A stretch of 63,691 nucleotides of DNA, filler included, from Myxococcota bacterium (GTDB lineage: Bacteria; Myxococcota_C; UBA6777): NCBI GenBank assembly GCA_023150835.1. It is 3 parts of 3 records of this genome, joined end to end, with 100 filler letters (N's around TTAATTAATTAA, not from the genome) between each part and the next. Parts side by side here need not be neighbours in the genome. Positions count along the whole stretch, not along the records: positions 24,624 to 48,447 come from JAKLKB010000109.1; 2 more parts are not named here. One strand, 5' to 3'. Shown piece by piece: positions 28,632 through 39,217 of this stretch. The translations under genes and the position numbers were made by a program. Below the pieces are notes generated by a model. The model did no database searches and had not been told where the DNA came from. It saw only the letters and a program-made list of their open reading frames with translations. Position 1 is the stretch's first letter, and each line of letters opens with the position of its first letter.

Positions 28632-28811
28632 CGGCTTGCTCCTTTTTGTAGCTCCCCTCCATTCAAGGAAAGGATGAAAAACGTTTGTTCGTATCGAGAG
28701 ATCACAGCGATAGGTACAGACCGCCATTATCGTATGGTTTCCTCGAAAAGGTGCGTCTGTCGATGCGGGCAGAGGGAGGGCGGCGAAGGAACGTTGTGGG
28801 GTGTGGTGCAA

Positions 28812-28927
28812 CATCCATAAGAAGCGCACACAAAGAGTCAATGCGATGCGTTGTGAACGCCCTGTGGTTGGGCAGCCACAGGGGGCTGCCCCTACGTCAT
28901 TCGCTCGGACCATAGGCGGATTTCGTA
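28812..28927. mobile_element. family A MITE/REP copy at the pilin stop codon
   Basis: GGGCAGCCACAGGGGGCTGCCCCTAC and CGGATTTCGTA|TCA; the TCA is the pilin TGA; left end degenerate. Confidence 0.7.
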
Positions 28928-29518
28928 TCATTCCAGTTCGCGGTAGAGGATCATCCCTTGGGTTTGGATGGTTTGTGTTTTGGGAGAGACCACCCCGCGC
29001 AGCTTATAGCGGCTATAGATGCGGTTGCAGTTGAGATCCCCTTCGGCTTCGACAAAAAAGGCGGATACAGCGGCCTCATTGGAATTTCGGACGCTGTAGC
29101 GATAGTAGTGTTCGTCGGGGATGGAAAAGCCGATCTTGCTCCAGTCATGGCGCTTCCAGCGCTTGGGATCGGCTTTGTATTTGGGCGATCCTCCGAAGCA
29201 GGGCTTTTGTCGCGGAGTAAAGGGGATGTAGGGATAAGGAGTAAACGATTGCCCAAGCTTTTTTTTGGCGACTTGTTCTTCGTTATAGAACTTCACGCCT
29301 AGCATGATCCGCTTGATGTTGAGGGTGGCTTCGTTGCTGAGGGTGGTGAGGCGTTGCCGACGGAAAGCTTCGATGCCCGTGGCTCCAAGAACACTCAAGA
29401 CCACCAAGAGCAACGCCACATCCGCCCACATCATCCCTGCTTGCGAACACAGCACAGGGCCTTTGGTGTGCAAAAAGCAAAGCGGAGAAGATATCGGAGC
29501 GTTCAACCTGCGCCGCAC
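28928..29518 (-). CDS. type IV pilin-like protein
   Basis: G|MMWAD then hydrophobic helix, EATLNIKRI, W..IGF..YYRY, AEGDLNC. Confidence 0.7.
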   Translation of the reverse strand: MRRRLNAPISSPLCFLHTKGPVLCSQAGMMWADVALLLVVLSVLGATGIEAFRRQRLTTLSNEATLNIKRIMLGVKFYNEEQVAKKKLGQSFTPYPYIPFTPRQKPCFGGSPKYKADPKRWKRHDWSKIGFSIPDEHYYRYSVRNSNEAAVSAFFVEAEGDLNCNRIYSRYKLRGVVSPKTQTIQTQGMILYRELE

Positions 29519-30198
29519 GTTGTATCACCATAGCATCGCCCGCAAAATGCGCTGTCTTCGGCATTCTTTGCATCAGGCTTTTCAAACTTCCCAGAGAGGT
29601 TAACGGTGGCGGTCCCTTTAATGGTGGGTGTGGTATCGGTGACGGTCATCGTTGCGGTGACGGTGTTTTCCGAAGTGAACTGCGCTTGGAGTGTAAACGA
29701 TTCTTCTTTTCCAGTCGGCTTGTATTCCCAGATCACGCGGTTGTTTTCGATCTTGGCTTCGTTGGCTCCAAGGCCGCTCAACCAAAAAGACAGATCGGTG
29801 TCTTTGTTAAGTTCTTTGCTGGTCAGACGAACGCGAAATTGGATGCAACGAACATATTGAACGCCCGTTTCCGAGTTGGTTCGGATCTCAAAATGCCAGT
29901 CGCTTTTGTCTTGTTTGGCATCTTGGGTGGTGAGTCGCCAATGCCCCGTAGTGAGGGTGAATTCATCGATTTGCCCGTTGCAATTGTCGTCGCGTTTGTT
30001 GGTGGTGTCTTCTTTGGCGAGTGGATTGATGCCGACATCTTCGTCGTTGCAGTCGCGTCCGCCAAAATCCGTGGAGGGATAGCCGTCCCCATCGGCATCG
30101 ACGAGAGGGCGGCGCTTTTCTGGAGGGGGTGCCTGATCACAACCACCGATCATCGGCACAGTCAAACAACACAAGAGAAGAATCCAACGCCACGACAT
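29503..30198 (-). CDS. lipoprotein with putative metal-binding (MopE-like) motif
   Basis: GGC lipobox; DADGDGY..DCND..INP..E..DDNCNGQIDE. Confidence 0.75.
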   Translation of the reverse strand: MSWRWILLLCCLTVPMIGGCDQAPPPEKRRPLVDADGDGYPSTDFGGRDCNDEDVGINPLAKEDTTNKRDDNCNGQIDEFTLTTGHWRLTTQDAKQDKSDWHFEIRTNSETGVQYVRCIQFRVRLTSKELNKDTDLSFWLSGLGANEAKIENNRVIWEYKPTGKEESFTLQAQFTSENTVTATMTVTDTTPTIKGTATVNLSGKFEKPDAKNAEDSAFCGRCYGDTTCGAG

Positions 30199-30414
30199 GC
30201 TACACATCCTTTTTGCTTGGGGTTCTTGCTTGCAAAGAGGCACCGAAAACATCTCTAACGGCGCGTCACCACACAACACTCAACAGTCGCCGCAGTGCAA
30301 GCCGTTGTAGCGCACAGACAGAAGAAACGCAAGATCCTACGCCGCCCCCGCAAGGAACAACGCACTTCGGAGTGACGGGGTTGACACATCGGAGTGCGCG
30401 GTTGGACAAAAACC

Positions 30415-30532
30415 CCCGTGTTCGCGCCACTTCAAGCGGCAGAGTCGTTGGGTTGAAAAACGCCTATTCGCTCCGCCAATACGGGGTCAAGGGAGCGTGG
30501 CTCCCTTGTGGGTCGTGGGGCAAAGCCCCGCA
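30415..30532 (+). repeat. family B repeat, copy 3
   Basis: conserved blocks; CCCCGTGTT pairs with AATACGGGG. Confidence 0.8.
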
Positions 30533-30561
30533 CATCTATCCAACGTCGTGAACCCTACACA

Positions 30562-33060
30562 CTAGGCTTTTTTGCGCACTCGCAAGAAAAACAACAGCCC
30601 AAACCACACCATCCAAGCGACGGGGGAGACGGGCGTGGTTTGGCATCCGCACGCAGGCGGGGGCGAATGGGGCGAGGCTTTGTCGGACAAAAAGGGCGAA
30701 GGGAAACCAAGGCGAGGCAAGGCCACGACGTGCTGTTCGGCTTGGTGCAGCGTGGGTTTCCAGTCGATGGGGGGAAGCGTAGTGACGTTTCCTGCGGCAT
30801 CTTGGGCGCGTAGAGAAACGGTGGTGTTTGGAGTGAGCCGCGCAGCCGGCAAAAACGCCTCGGTGGGAGACCATAGCGTTTGACCATCGAGGCGATAAGA
30901 GAAGCGAACAGGTGCGTGCGGATCGCCGTGATCGACGGCTTCAAGAAAGATCCCTTGGGGCTGGATGCGTGCTTGGATCGCAGGCGGCGTATAATCCACC
31001 CTGATCGGGACAGAGCCGATCGCCACTTCGGTCCCTTGGGGCTGATCGACGCGCCGCGCACGAACCATCACGGTATGCTCACCTTGCATCAAAAATTGCG
31101 GACTTTCTACGCGCAAGCGTTGACTTGCCACAAAAGCCTGCCACGGACCTTGGTTGACGCGCACAGCATAAGCCCACGCAGGATCTCCGTCCAAGATGTC
31201 GATCGATACGGAGGGATAAGCGCGGATCGGTCGTGCCGACTGGAGATCAGACCACAGCGACGGAGGGATCAGCGGCATCGCAGGGCGCAAGGCCAAGCCC
31301 CGTACTGCGGGCATCTGCGGGATCGCTGGAGGCGCAAGTGCCAGATCGGCGAACAATCCGAGGAATTGGAAGCGATCAGGGCGATCCGTTCGTGGGACGA
31401 TCCCCGTCATCCCACGGATCGACAGCTTGAAACCTTGAAGCTCAGGGATATCAAACTCTGTCGAGCCGATTTGACCGATCAACACGGGGATCAGCGCTTG
31501 GAGTGTTGAGGCAAAGTTGGTGGCGACGTCTTCATTTTTTTCTTTGATCAAGTTGGAGTTGAGGACTTGGGGGTTCTGAAATGCCTGTTTGAGATCGCCA
31601 AGCAACAGCCCGATCTTGTTGTTCGGTCGCGTTTCGAGCGCCATCGGCAAAACGATATCTGTGCGAAACGTCAACAGCCGAACCCATCGGTCGTAAAGCA
31701 CCATGTAAAACGTAAAGTCGATCTTCGGGATGCGCATCTCCAACAGCGGCTCTTTGACGACTGCGTTTCCATCTTTGTCTTTGGTGATCTCGCCCTTGCC
31801 AATGGACAGATCGATCGGCTCGTTGGGTTGTAAGACGATATACAATGGGGGGTTGTCTTTGCCCACAAGTTGAAGCAACGAAGGGCTTACCGCTGCCCCG
31901 ATGCCTTGAGCGCGAAAGAACGTCCCCAACTGGTCGCTGATGCCGCTGTCTAGGCGCAAACACAACGCGCCACTTTGATACAGATCCCGCATAAACTGCG
32001 TCAGCATCGTTTGAGAGATGCCCACGCCCACCATATACGGGCTTCCGTCGGGCGAAGCTGTGGGAAAAGTCAGCGCCGCAGGAGACGGTAGCTTCGGAAA
32101 GTTCGGCGCTTTGATACAAGCGTGCGGGGTGCTTTGGCTCCCTCCAAGACTGCCAAGGCGCATCCCCGAAGTCTGCACTTCCACGCTTCCGCCCATCTGC
32201 ATCGCCATGTCCACAGGCTGCGCGGTCGGATTCCCAAACTCCCCAAGCAGCGTGCTTGTCGCGATACGGCCTTCAAACCCCATCACCATCGGCAAACACG
32301 CTTTGCCATCGGTGCAGATCTCGTCTTTGCAAGTCGTCCCAAAACCGCACTCACTGTCTTGTTTGCAAGACATACAAGTCGCCCCATCGATCGCATCTTT
32401 GAGTGCTTTTTTCACTTCTTTTTCGATCAAACCTGTAAACAACCCTTTGAGCGCGTTAATCAACGAACAACCGACGTTTCCACTCAGCTTAAAATCTTTG
32501 TTTTCCAACGAAAACGACGGCGTACCGAGATCGATCCGCAGACCTTTGTTGCGCGAGTCGATGCTGAGGTTGAGATCGATGCTGATATCTTTTTTTGAGA
32601 TCGTGACTTCGAGATCGCAATTAATCGTGACCAGCAGCTTGTAGCTGATCGGGATCTTGTTGGAAGACATATCGAGGTTGATCTTGGCTTTCAACGTCTT
32701 GGGGGGCGTGGGTGTAATGGACGCGCTGTTGATCTTGCCGTTGACCGTGCAGGTTCCGCCTTTGTGGCAGATCTTTGGATCGCCGCTTGTATCGGGCGGG
32801 ACATCAAAACTCAAACCGTTGGGCAAAAACTGTTTCACCAGCGCGTTGGTATTTTGCCCAATAAACTGGAACCCGCGATCCGTCACTTTCAACTGGACGA
32901 TGTTGTCGAGCTTTGCGGCCTCTGGAAAGCCCCCCGGGATCTCGGACATACAGCTACATCCGCTGTTTCCCGAAGAAGAACACGCCGAAAACACAAACAA
33001 CCACCCCAAAAGCAAGGCGCTTCGGCCCCACAAACCACGCCCAAACCAACACGCTCGCAT
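30562..33060 (-). CDS. surface lipoprotein, possibly LBP/BPI-like fold, with MYXO-CTERM-like tail
   Basis: FSAC lipobox; C-terminal CGC-linker-TM-RVRKK. Confidence 0.75.
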   Translation of the reverse strand: MRACWFGRGLWGRSALLLGWLFVFSACSSSGNSGCSCMSEIPGGFPEAAKLDNIVQLKVTDRGFQFIGQNTNALVKQFLPNGLSFDVPPDTSGDPKICHKGGTCTVNGKINSASITPTPPKTLKAKINLDMSSNKIPISYKLLVTINCDLEVTISKKDISIDLNLSIDSRNKGLRIDLGTPSFSLENKDFKLSGNVGCSLINALKGLFTGLIEKEVKKALKDAIDGATCMSCKQDSECGFGTTCKDEICTDGKACLPMVMGFEGRIATSTLLGEFGNPTAQPVDMAMQMGGSVEVQTSGMRLGSLGGSQSTPHACIKAPNFPKLPSPAALTFPTASPDGSPYMVGVGISQTMLTQFMRDLYQSGALCLRLDSGISDQLGTFFRAQGIGAAVSPSLLQLVGKDNPPLYIVLQPNEPIDLSIGKGEITKDKDGNAVVKEPLLEMRIPKIDFTFYMVLYDRWVRLLTFRTDIVLPMALETRPNNKIGLLLGDLKQAFQNPQVLNSNLIKEKNEDVATNFASTLQALIPVLIGQIGSTEFDIPELQGFKLSIRGMTGIVPRTDRPDRFQFLGLFADLALAPPAIPQMPAVRGLALRPAMPLIPPSLWSDLQSARPIRAYPSVSIDILDGDPAWAYAVRVNQGPWQAFVASQRLRVESPQFLMQGEHTVMVRARRVDQPQGTEVAIGSVPIRVDYTPPAIQARIQPQGIFLEAVDHGDPHAPVRFSYRLDGQTLWSPTEAFLPAARLTPNTTVSLRAQDAAGNVTTLPPIDWKPTLHQAEQHVVALPRLGFPSPFLSDKASPHSPPPACGCQTTPVSPVAWMVWFGLLFFLRVRKKA

Positions 33061-33125
33061 CTTCGACCTCCAAACGCACCCACAAAACCTCGATCAAACC
33101 AAACGATACCCCAACACAAACGCTG

Positions 33126-33194
33126 AGTATGCACGAGAGAGACCTCTCAGTATGCACGAGAGAGACCTCCCAGTATGCACGAGAGAGACCTCTC
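33126..33194. repeat. 23-bp direct repeat x3 in a divergent intergenic region
   Basis: AGTATGCACGAGAGAGACCTC at 33126, 33149, 33172. Confidence 0.95.
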
Positions 33195-33366
33195 AAATCA
33201 ACAACGGTCTCTGCTATGGCCTCCCAAGAGTACGGACGAGGCACAAAACAAAGGCTTGGCAAGGCGCGTCAAACAGGTTAAGAGCAAAGAGCGCAGGAAC
33301 ATCTCGGAAGGCTGGGAAGTGTCTTGCTTTGTCGTGTGTGCTGTGTTTTTTGTGGCGGAGTCTTCG

Positions 33367-34275
33367 ATGCTTGTAGCTGTCTTGCGAGCCATGCGACCCC
33401 ATCAATGGGTCAAAAATTTCTTCTTGTATGCGCCGTTGCTTTTTTCGCTGCGCTTGTTTGACCTCGAATCTTTGTGGCGAGCGACTTTTGGGGTGGGATT
33501 GTTTTGCGTATTATCGGGCGCGATCTACATCCTCAACGATCTGATGGATGTGGAAAAAGATCGGCTCCATCCGCACAAAAAACACCGGCCCATCGCAAGC
33601 GGTGCATTACCAGAGGCATCGGCTCGCCGTTTATGGCCGATATTGGCGGTCTTGTCTTTGGGACTTGGCTGGATCGTGTTGGGCTTTTGGTTTTTTGTTG
33701 TGGCCCTTTTGTACGGGATCTTGAACATCGCCTATTCGCTGCGCTTGAAGCATGTCGCTTATCTGGATGTTTTGTTGATCGCCAACGGCTTTTTGTTGCG
33801 CTTGTTGGCAGGCGCAAGCGCGATCAATGTCGTTGTTTCCGCATGGTTGGTGGGCTGTGGCTTTTTGTTGGCGCTGTACCTTGCGCTTGGAAAACGCCGC
33901 CACGAACTGTCGACTTACGGCGAAAGTGCAACCCAACAACGCGCTGTCTTAGAGCGTTATGACGTCGCACAACTGGATCTTTTGCTTGGGTTGGTGGCCT
34001 CGCTCACCGTTCTGGCTTACTGCGGTTATACGCTCGATCCCACCACCTTGAAACGCTTTCAAACACCCTATCTGATCTACGCCATCCCCTTCGTGGTCTT
34101 TGGGATCGTGCGTTTTTTACAACTGATCGAGCGCGGAGCCAAAACCGAAAGCCCCACCCAAGAACTTCTTCGCGATATCCCTTTCCTGCTCAATCTCTTC
34201 CTCTGGGTGGCTGTCGTGATCTATATCCTTTACACACAACCGGGCCGAGATAGCCTGCTCTTGCGGGGTATCTAA
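33367..34275 (+). CDS. UbiA-family decaprenyl-phosphate phosphoribosyltransferase-like protein
   Basis: RPHQWVKN, YILNDLMDVEKDRLHP.K..RPIASG, YSLRLKH, KRRHEL. Confidence 0.9.
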   Translation: MLVAVLRAMRPHQWVKNFFLYAPLLFSLRLFDLESLWRATFGVGLFCVLSGAIYILNDLMDVEKDRLHPHKKHRPIASGALPEASARRLWPILAVLSLGLGWIVLGFWFFVVALLYGILNIAYSLRLKHVAYLDVLLIANGFLLRLLAGASAINVVVSAWLVGCGFLLALYLALGKRRHELSTYGESATQQRAVLERYDVAQLDLLLGLVASLTVLAYCGYTLDPTTLKRFQTPYLIYAIPFVVFGIVRFLQLIERGAKTESPTQELLRDIPFLLNLFLWVAVVIYILYTQPGRDSLLLRGI

Positions 34276-34288
34276 TCGCCCGTCCCCC

Positions 34289-36895
34289 TTGGATAGCAAC
34301 GTGGACCCACTGATCAACCGACAACTCGGCAACTATTGTCTCCAACAAAAGCTCGGCGCTGGCGCTTGTGGTGTCGTCTACAAAGCCGAACACCGCAAGC
34401 TCGGAACCCCCTTTGCTGTCAAGATCTTGCACCCTGTCCTTGGCTCAAGCAAAGAATCCTCCGAGCGGTTCTTGCGAGAAGCCCGCACCGCTGCACGTAT
34501 CGCTCACGAAAACGTCGTCTTTATCGCCGACTTTGACGTCGAACCCGGCATCGGCCCTTACTTTGTCATGGAATACCTCGACGGCGAAAGCCTCCGACAG
34601 GGCCTTGATCGAGAGGCCCCTTTTCACGCTGAAAAGGTCGCCGTCTTGTCCGAACAGATCTGCCACGCACTCGCTGCCGCCCATCGCCTCGGCGTCGTTC
34701 ACCGCGACCTCAAGCCCGACAACATCATGATCGTTCCTCGACCCGGTCGCCAACTGGTCAAGATCCTCGACTTCGGCATCGCCAAGATCACCCTCCCCGA
34801 AGAAACCGAACGCATCAACCTCACCCAAAGCGGCCACATCCTCGGCACTCCCCGCTACTTCTCCCCCGAACAAGCCCAAGGCCAACACATCGATCACCGC
34901 TCCGATATCTACTCCTTTGGCATCATCTTGTACGAGATGTTGACCGGCCAAACCCCCTTCCAAGGCCGCAATCCCGAAGAGATGCGACACCACCACATCT
35001 ACACCCCACCCCCACCCCTTGGGCCTGCCTTCCCCAACGAACTCCAAGACCTCCTCGACTGGCTGCTCTCCAAGCACGTCGACGAACGCCCCGATGACAT
35101 GGAGGAAGTCTGGTCTCTCCTCAAAGAAGCCCTTCCTTTGATCAAACGAGCCTCGATCCCTCGCGAAGAGACCCGCGAAACCCAACGACTCCCCGGCCTT
35201 CAAGCGGTCTTGGACACCAAACCTGCCCCCACGATCTCCAGAACTTCCGGCTACCAAGAAGACTCCGCAATGGCCGCTGTTCGCAACCTCGAACCCCGCA
35301 ACAACCGCACCATCTCCCTCGGCGTCCCCGAACACGCTCTGCCCGATGCCAACCTCTTTCCACCCGAACCCACCGCACCACAGATCCGCCTCCAAGAACA
35401 AAACGCCCTCGACGACGAACACACCCTCCACGAAAGTATGCTCCCTCAAAACTCCCGCAACGCTCAAGACGATGAACACGAAGGCCCCACCCTCTTCGAT
35501 CCTGCCGCCCGCTTGCGCAAGCTACTCCTCGCCTCCACTCAAACCTCTGATTCAAACCAAAACACCGATGGCACCGACGAGATCTCCCTACCCAATGCCG
35601 GCGATGACGACGAAGAAGGTGCCACCATGATCTCCCCCTTGCACAACCAAAACGACGCAAACTCCCCCCCCTCCGCGCCTCGCAAAAAAACCACCACTCC
35701 CCTTTCTTCTCAACGCCTCTCCGAAGATATCGGCGTCGAAGTCCACACCAGCGCCCTCGATGCCGAAGATACCGCCATGCACCCCACCGCCTCACAACGC
35801 TTCTCCGACTTTTCTAACGCTGCACCATCACGCTCCACCGACCTTTCTAACGCTGCACCACCACGCTCCACCGACCTTTCTAACGCTGCACCACCACGCT
35901 CCACCGACCTCTCTAACGCTGCACCACCACACTCCACCGACCTTTCCAACGCTTCATCCCCTCGATTCTCCGAACTCCCCACCGCCAACGACGACGACCT
36001 CCCCACCACCATCGCCCGTCCCACCAGCCTCGAAGAACACACTCTCCATCCCTACAAAACTCCCGCGTACTCCGACACCGAACCCGTCCGCACACACAAT
36101 CCCCCTCCTGCCCGTTCGCACACACTCGAACGACGCTCCCCCAAACCCCCTCCTCCCGCCTCTTTTGCCGAAGACGCCCGCCCCACCCAAGACACGCTCG
36201 AAGCCGTCACCTCCGCCTCACCCTCCATCCAAACCGCCACCTCCTCCTCTGCCCCACCCGCCGCCCACGTCGACGCCCTGCTCGGCGCGGATGCCCTGCT
36301 CCTCAACGACACCCTCTGGAAAGGCGGCTGGTTTCAACGATGGCAAGCCCTCGATCCGCTCCCTCGCTTCTCATCCCTCGCAGGCATCATCCTCTTTGTT
36401 GCGCTGTTTGGATGGTTTTTGCTCGGACTCCTCTCCCCCACGCCCACCCGAATGTGCGAGATCTTGCTCAAAACCTCCCCTCAAAACGCAGAGATCTGGC
36501 TCGGAGATACCTTGATCGGACGTACTCCCTACACCCTGCGCCGCCCATGCCTCGCCCAACTCTCTCTCTCCTTCCGTAAACCAAACTACGCCCCACACAA
36601 ACAAGACTTGCTCCTGCGCGAAGACAGCAGCGAGATCGATCTCCCCCTCCGCCCACAACCCAACCACGAATACACTCTCACCCTCTCTACCATACCCTCC
36701 GAAGCTGCCGTCTACACCGAAGAGGGCACCCTTGTTTGCCACACTCCTTGCTCTCTCAAAGCACCCCTCGGCAGCACTCGATCCTACGAAGTCAAAAAAC
36801 ATCTCCGACGACGTCGCAACCAACGATGGTCCTCTCAGCGCGTCACCCTACAGTTCGCTCCACCCCACAAAACCCACACCTTGCGCCTACGCTGA
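34289..36895 (+). CDS. membrane Ser/Thr kinase with PEGA domains
   Basis: LGAGACG, AVK, HRDLKPDN, DFG, SPEQ; TM; PEGA-like C-terminus; internal 33-bp repeats (STDLSNAAPPR). Confidence 0.9.
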   Translation: MDSNVDPLINRQLGNYCLQQKLGAGACGVVYKAEHRKLGTPFAVKILHPVLGSSKESSERFLREARTAARIAHENVVFIADFDVEPGIGPYFVMEYLDGESLRQGLDREAPFHAEKVAVLSEQICHALAAAHRLGVVHRDLKPDNIMIVPRPGRQLVKILDFGIAKITLPEETERINLTQSGHILGTPRYFSPEQAQGQHIDHRSDIYSFGIILYEMLTGQTPFQGRNPEEMRHHHIYTPPPPLGPAFPNELQDLLDWLLSKHVDERPDDMEEVWSLLKEALPLIKRASIPREETRETQRLPGLQAVLDTKPAPTISRTSGYQEDSAMAAVRNLEPRNNRTISLGVPEHALPDANLFPPEPTAPQIRLQEQNALDDEHTLHESMLPQNSRNAQDDEHEGPTLFDPAARLRKLLLASTQTSDSNQNTDGTDEISLPNAGDDDEEGATMISPLHNQNDANSPPSAPRKKTTTPLSSQRLSEDIGVEVHTSALDAEDTAMHPTASQRFSDFSNAAPSRSTDLSNAAPPRSTDLSNAAPPRSTDLSNAAPPHSTDLSNASSPRFSELPTANDDDLPTTIARPTSLEEHTLHPYKTPAYSDTEPVRTHNPPPARSHTLERRSPKPPPPASFAEDARPTQDTLEAVTSASPSIQTATSSSAPPAAHVDALLGADALLLNDTLWKGGWFQRWQALDPLPRFSSLAGIILFVALFGWFLLGLLSPTPTRMCEILLKTSPQNAEIWLGDTLIGRTPYTLRRPCLAQLSLSFRKPNYAPHKQDLLLREDSSEIDLPLRPQPNHEYTLTLSTIPSEAAVYTEEGTLVCHTPCSLKAPLGSTRSYEVKKHLRRRRNQRWSSQRVTLQFAPPHKTHTLRLR

Positions 36896-37039
36896 CGCAC
36901 CCCGCACCAACCCACAACACCCACCCATTGTATTCTCCTTGAGACAATCCCGCGAAGAAGAAGACTTGGGTTTATCTTGCGGTTGTGTTAGATTTGTCAC
37001 TCCTCTGGATCGCAAGAGCGCAAACGCTTCTTCAACCTT

Positions 37040-39145
37040 GTGGAGACTCGGTCTGTGATCGTCTTTCAACCCGGCACCGTCATCGCAGATGGCTTGTACA
37101 CGCTCCGAAACCAACTCGGCTCAGGAGCCACCGCACACGTTTGGTCCGCCACACAACAACTCCCCGACGGACAACAGCGCGATATCGTCCTCAAGATCCT
37201 CCTGCCCGAGATCCGCGTCGATGCCCAAAAACGCGAGATGTTTCTCGAAGAAGCCCGCCTCGCCGCCTCCCTCCATCACCCCGCCATCGTCGAAGTCTAC
37301 TCCATCGATCAAACCCAAGAATTCGACTTCTTGGTCATGGAACGCATCTGGGGATCCGAACTCGACGATCTGATCACCCTCGCAAAAAAACAAAAATCCG
37401 TCATACCTTGGCCTCTCGCTGTCGCCATGATCCGCGACGCCGCTTGGGGCATCCACTACGCCAACACCCTACGCGATCGCAACGGAACCCCCCTCAACCT
37501 CGTCCACCGCGATATCAAACCCGGAAACCTTCTCCTCGATATCTTCGGACAACTCAAGATCATCGACTTTGGTATCGCCAAAACCGCCACCAGTCACCTC
37601 AAAACCCAAACGGGCATCATCAAAGGCACCATCGCCTACATGTCCCCAGAACACCTCCGTTCCGAAAAGCTCGACGTCCGCTCCGATATCTACGCCCTCT
37701 CCGTCGTCCTCTACGAACTCTGCACCGGATACCGACCCTTTGCCGGCGAAAATATGACCTCCGTCATGTTCTCCATCCTCACCCAAGAACCCTACAACCC
37801 CCAAACCATGCGCTCCGATCTCCCCTCCGATCTCTGCATGCTTCTCCTGCGCAACCTCCACAAAAACAAAGAAGAACGCTCCACCAACGCCGCACTCTTT
37901 GTCCAAGAACTTAGCTCCCTCCTCCTCCAACACAACCAACAACCCACCCCCCACGATCTGCGCGATTATCTCAAACAACACAAACCCGAACTCTTCGACG
38001 AATACCGACTCGTCCACGGCCAAGATCCCCCCGAACCCTCTGACGAAAACCTCTCCACTCAAGCCATCTTCGCCACCCCCACCAACGCCGACACCGAAGC
38101 TTTTTCTGTCGCCTCCTCCGACCCCACCGCTCGCTTGCCCGGAGCCCCTCTCTCCGCCCCCACCATCGCCTCCATGCCCGGTGTCCTCCTCCAAAACTTT
38201 GATATCAACACCCTCAGCGACGATGTCCGCGATACCATCGCCCAAGGCGAAGGCGCACAACTCCCCGATTATGTCCGCCAACTCGCCGCACAAATCCTCT
38301 CCGGACAATCTCCCTCCCATCCCCAAGAACTCGACACCACCAAGCCCATCCCCCACCACACCCTCAACACACCTCACCCCTCAAACGACCGCAACGCCCC
38401 CACCTCCATCCTACACAAACACACCCTCGCTCCCTCCCCCCAAACCACCCCACCCTCCGCTACTTCCAAAAGCTCTCCAACCGCCCATCCCGCAAAGTCC
38501 GCCCCTCTTCCCACCGCCGAACATACCGAACACAACCCCCAACGCAACGAGTTATTCGCTCGCACCGTTTCAGACAACGATATCCCCCTCTCTTTCCGCC
38601 TCCCTGCTCAACAGGACTTCGGCGCAACCCACCCCACCTCCGCTCGCACAACACCCGCCATCCCCGCCACTCCATCCAAACGCCCCAAAACCTTGGAGAT
38701 CGACGGACGCAAGGCGCAACCCAAAAAACGCTCCTCTATCTGGACGTGGGTTCTGTTGATCTTTTTGAGCTTTGGCCTCGGTGTTGGCGGATTCCTCGCC
38801 CTCTACACCTCGCCCAACCCCAACCCCGAAGACGAACCCTGTCACCCCAACAAACGCACCACCATCGAACTCGTCTCCACCAGCCCCCACTGCAAGATCA
38901 TCCCTGATACCTTAAACCCCACCCGCACTTTCCCCGTCTACAAACAAACTTTCCCTTGTGGCCGCCACCACGTCACCTACCAATGCACTCAGCCCGGTAA
39001 AAAACCCATCAACCACGTCGGCACTTACCTCATCTCCAAACAAAGTCCCAACGTCGAAACCTGCCATATCAAGTACCTCGATGGCCAATGGAAGATCGTC
39101 TGCCCTTTTTCCAAAGCCCGCGAAGAACGCACCCATCCCAAATAA
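37040..39145 (+). CDS. membrane Ser/Thr kinase
   Basis: LGSGATA, HRDIKPGN, DFG, YMSPE; C-terminal TM. Confidence 0.9.
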   Translation: METRSVIVFQPGTVIADGLYTLRNQLGSGATAHVWSATQQLPDGQQRDIVLKILLPEIRVDAQKREMFLEEARLAASLHHPAIVEVYSIDQTQEFDFLVMERIWGSELDDLITLAKKQKSVIPWPLAVAMIRDAAWGIHYANTLRDRNGTPLNLVHRDIKPGNLLLDIFGQLKIIDFGIAKTATSHLKTQTGIIKGTIAYMSPEHLRSEKLDVRSDIYALSVVLYELCTGYRPFAGENMTSVMFSILTQEPYNPQTMRSDLPSDLCMLLLRNLHKNKEERSTNAALFVQELSSLLLQHNQQPTPHDLRDYLKQHKPELFDEYRLVHGQDPPEPSDENLSTQAIFATPTNADTEAFSVASSDPTARLPGAPLSAPTIASMPGVLLQNFDINTLSDDVRDTIAQGEGAQLPDYVRQLAAQILSGQSPSHPQELDTTKPIPHHTLNTPHPSNDRNAPTSILHKHTLAPSPQTTPPSATSKSSPTAHPAKSAPLPTAEHTEHNPQRNELFARTVSDNDIPLSFRLPAQQDFGATHPTSARTTPAIPATPSKRPKTLEIDGRKAQPKKRSSIWTWVLLIFLSFGLGVGGFLALYTSPNPNPEDEPCHPNKRTTIELVSTSPHCKIIPDTLNPTRTFPVYKQTFPCGRHHVTYQCTQPGKKPINHVGTYLISKQSPNVETCHIKYLDGQWKIVCPFSKAREERTHPK

Positions 39146-39217
39146 AAACCCCTCTGCCCAAACCCAAACCTTCAACCCAACTCGAAACCTTCAACCCAAC
39201 CCGAAAGAACTCCCCCC

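Noticed and set aside
28632-28931. N-terminal ORF extensions (also 7727-7972, 18356-18553, 19513-19701, 33175-33366)
   Set aside because: They read through repeats or neighbouring genes; downstream starts have better RBS and family fit
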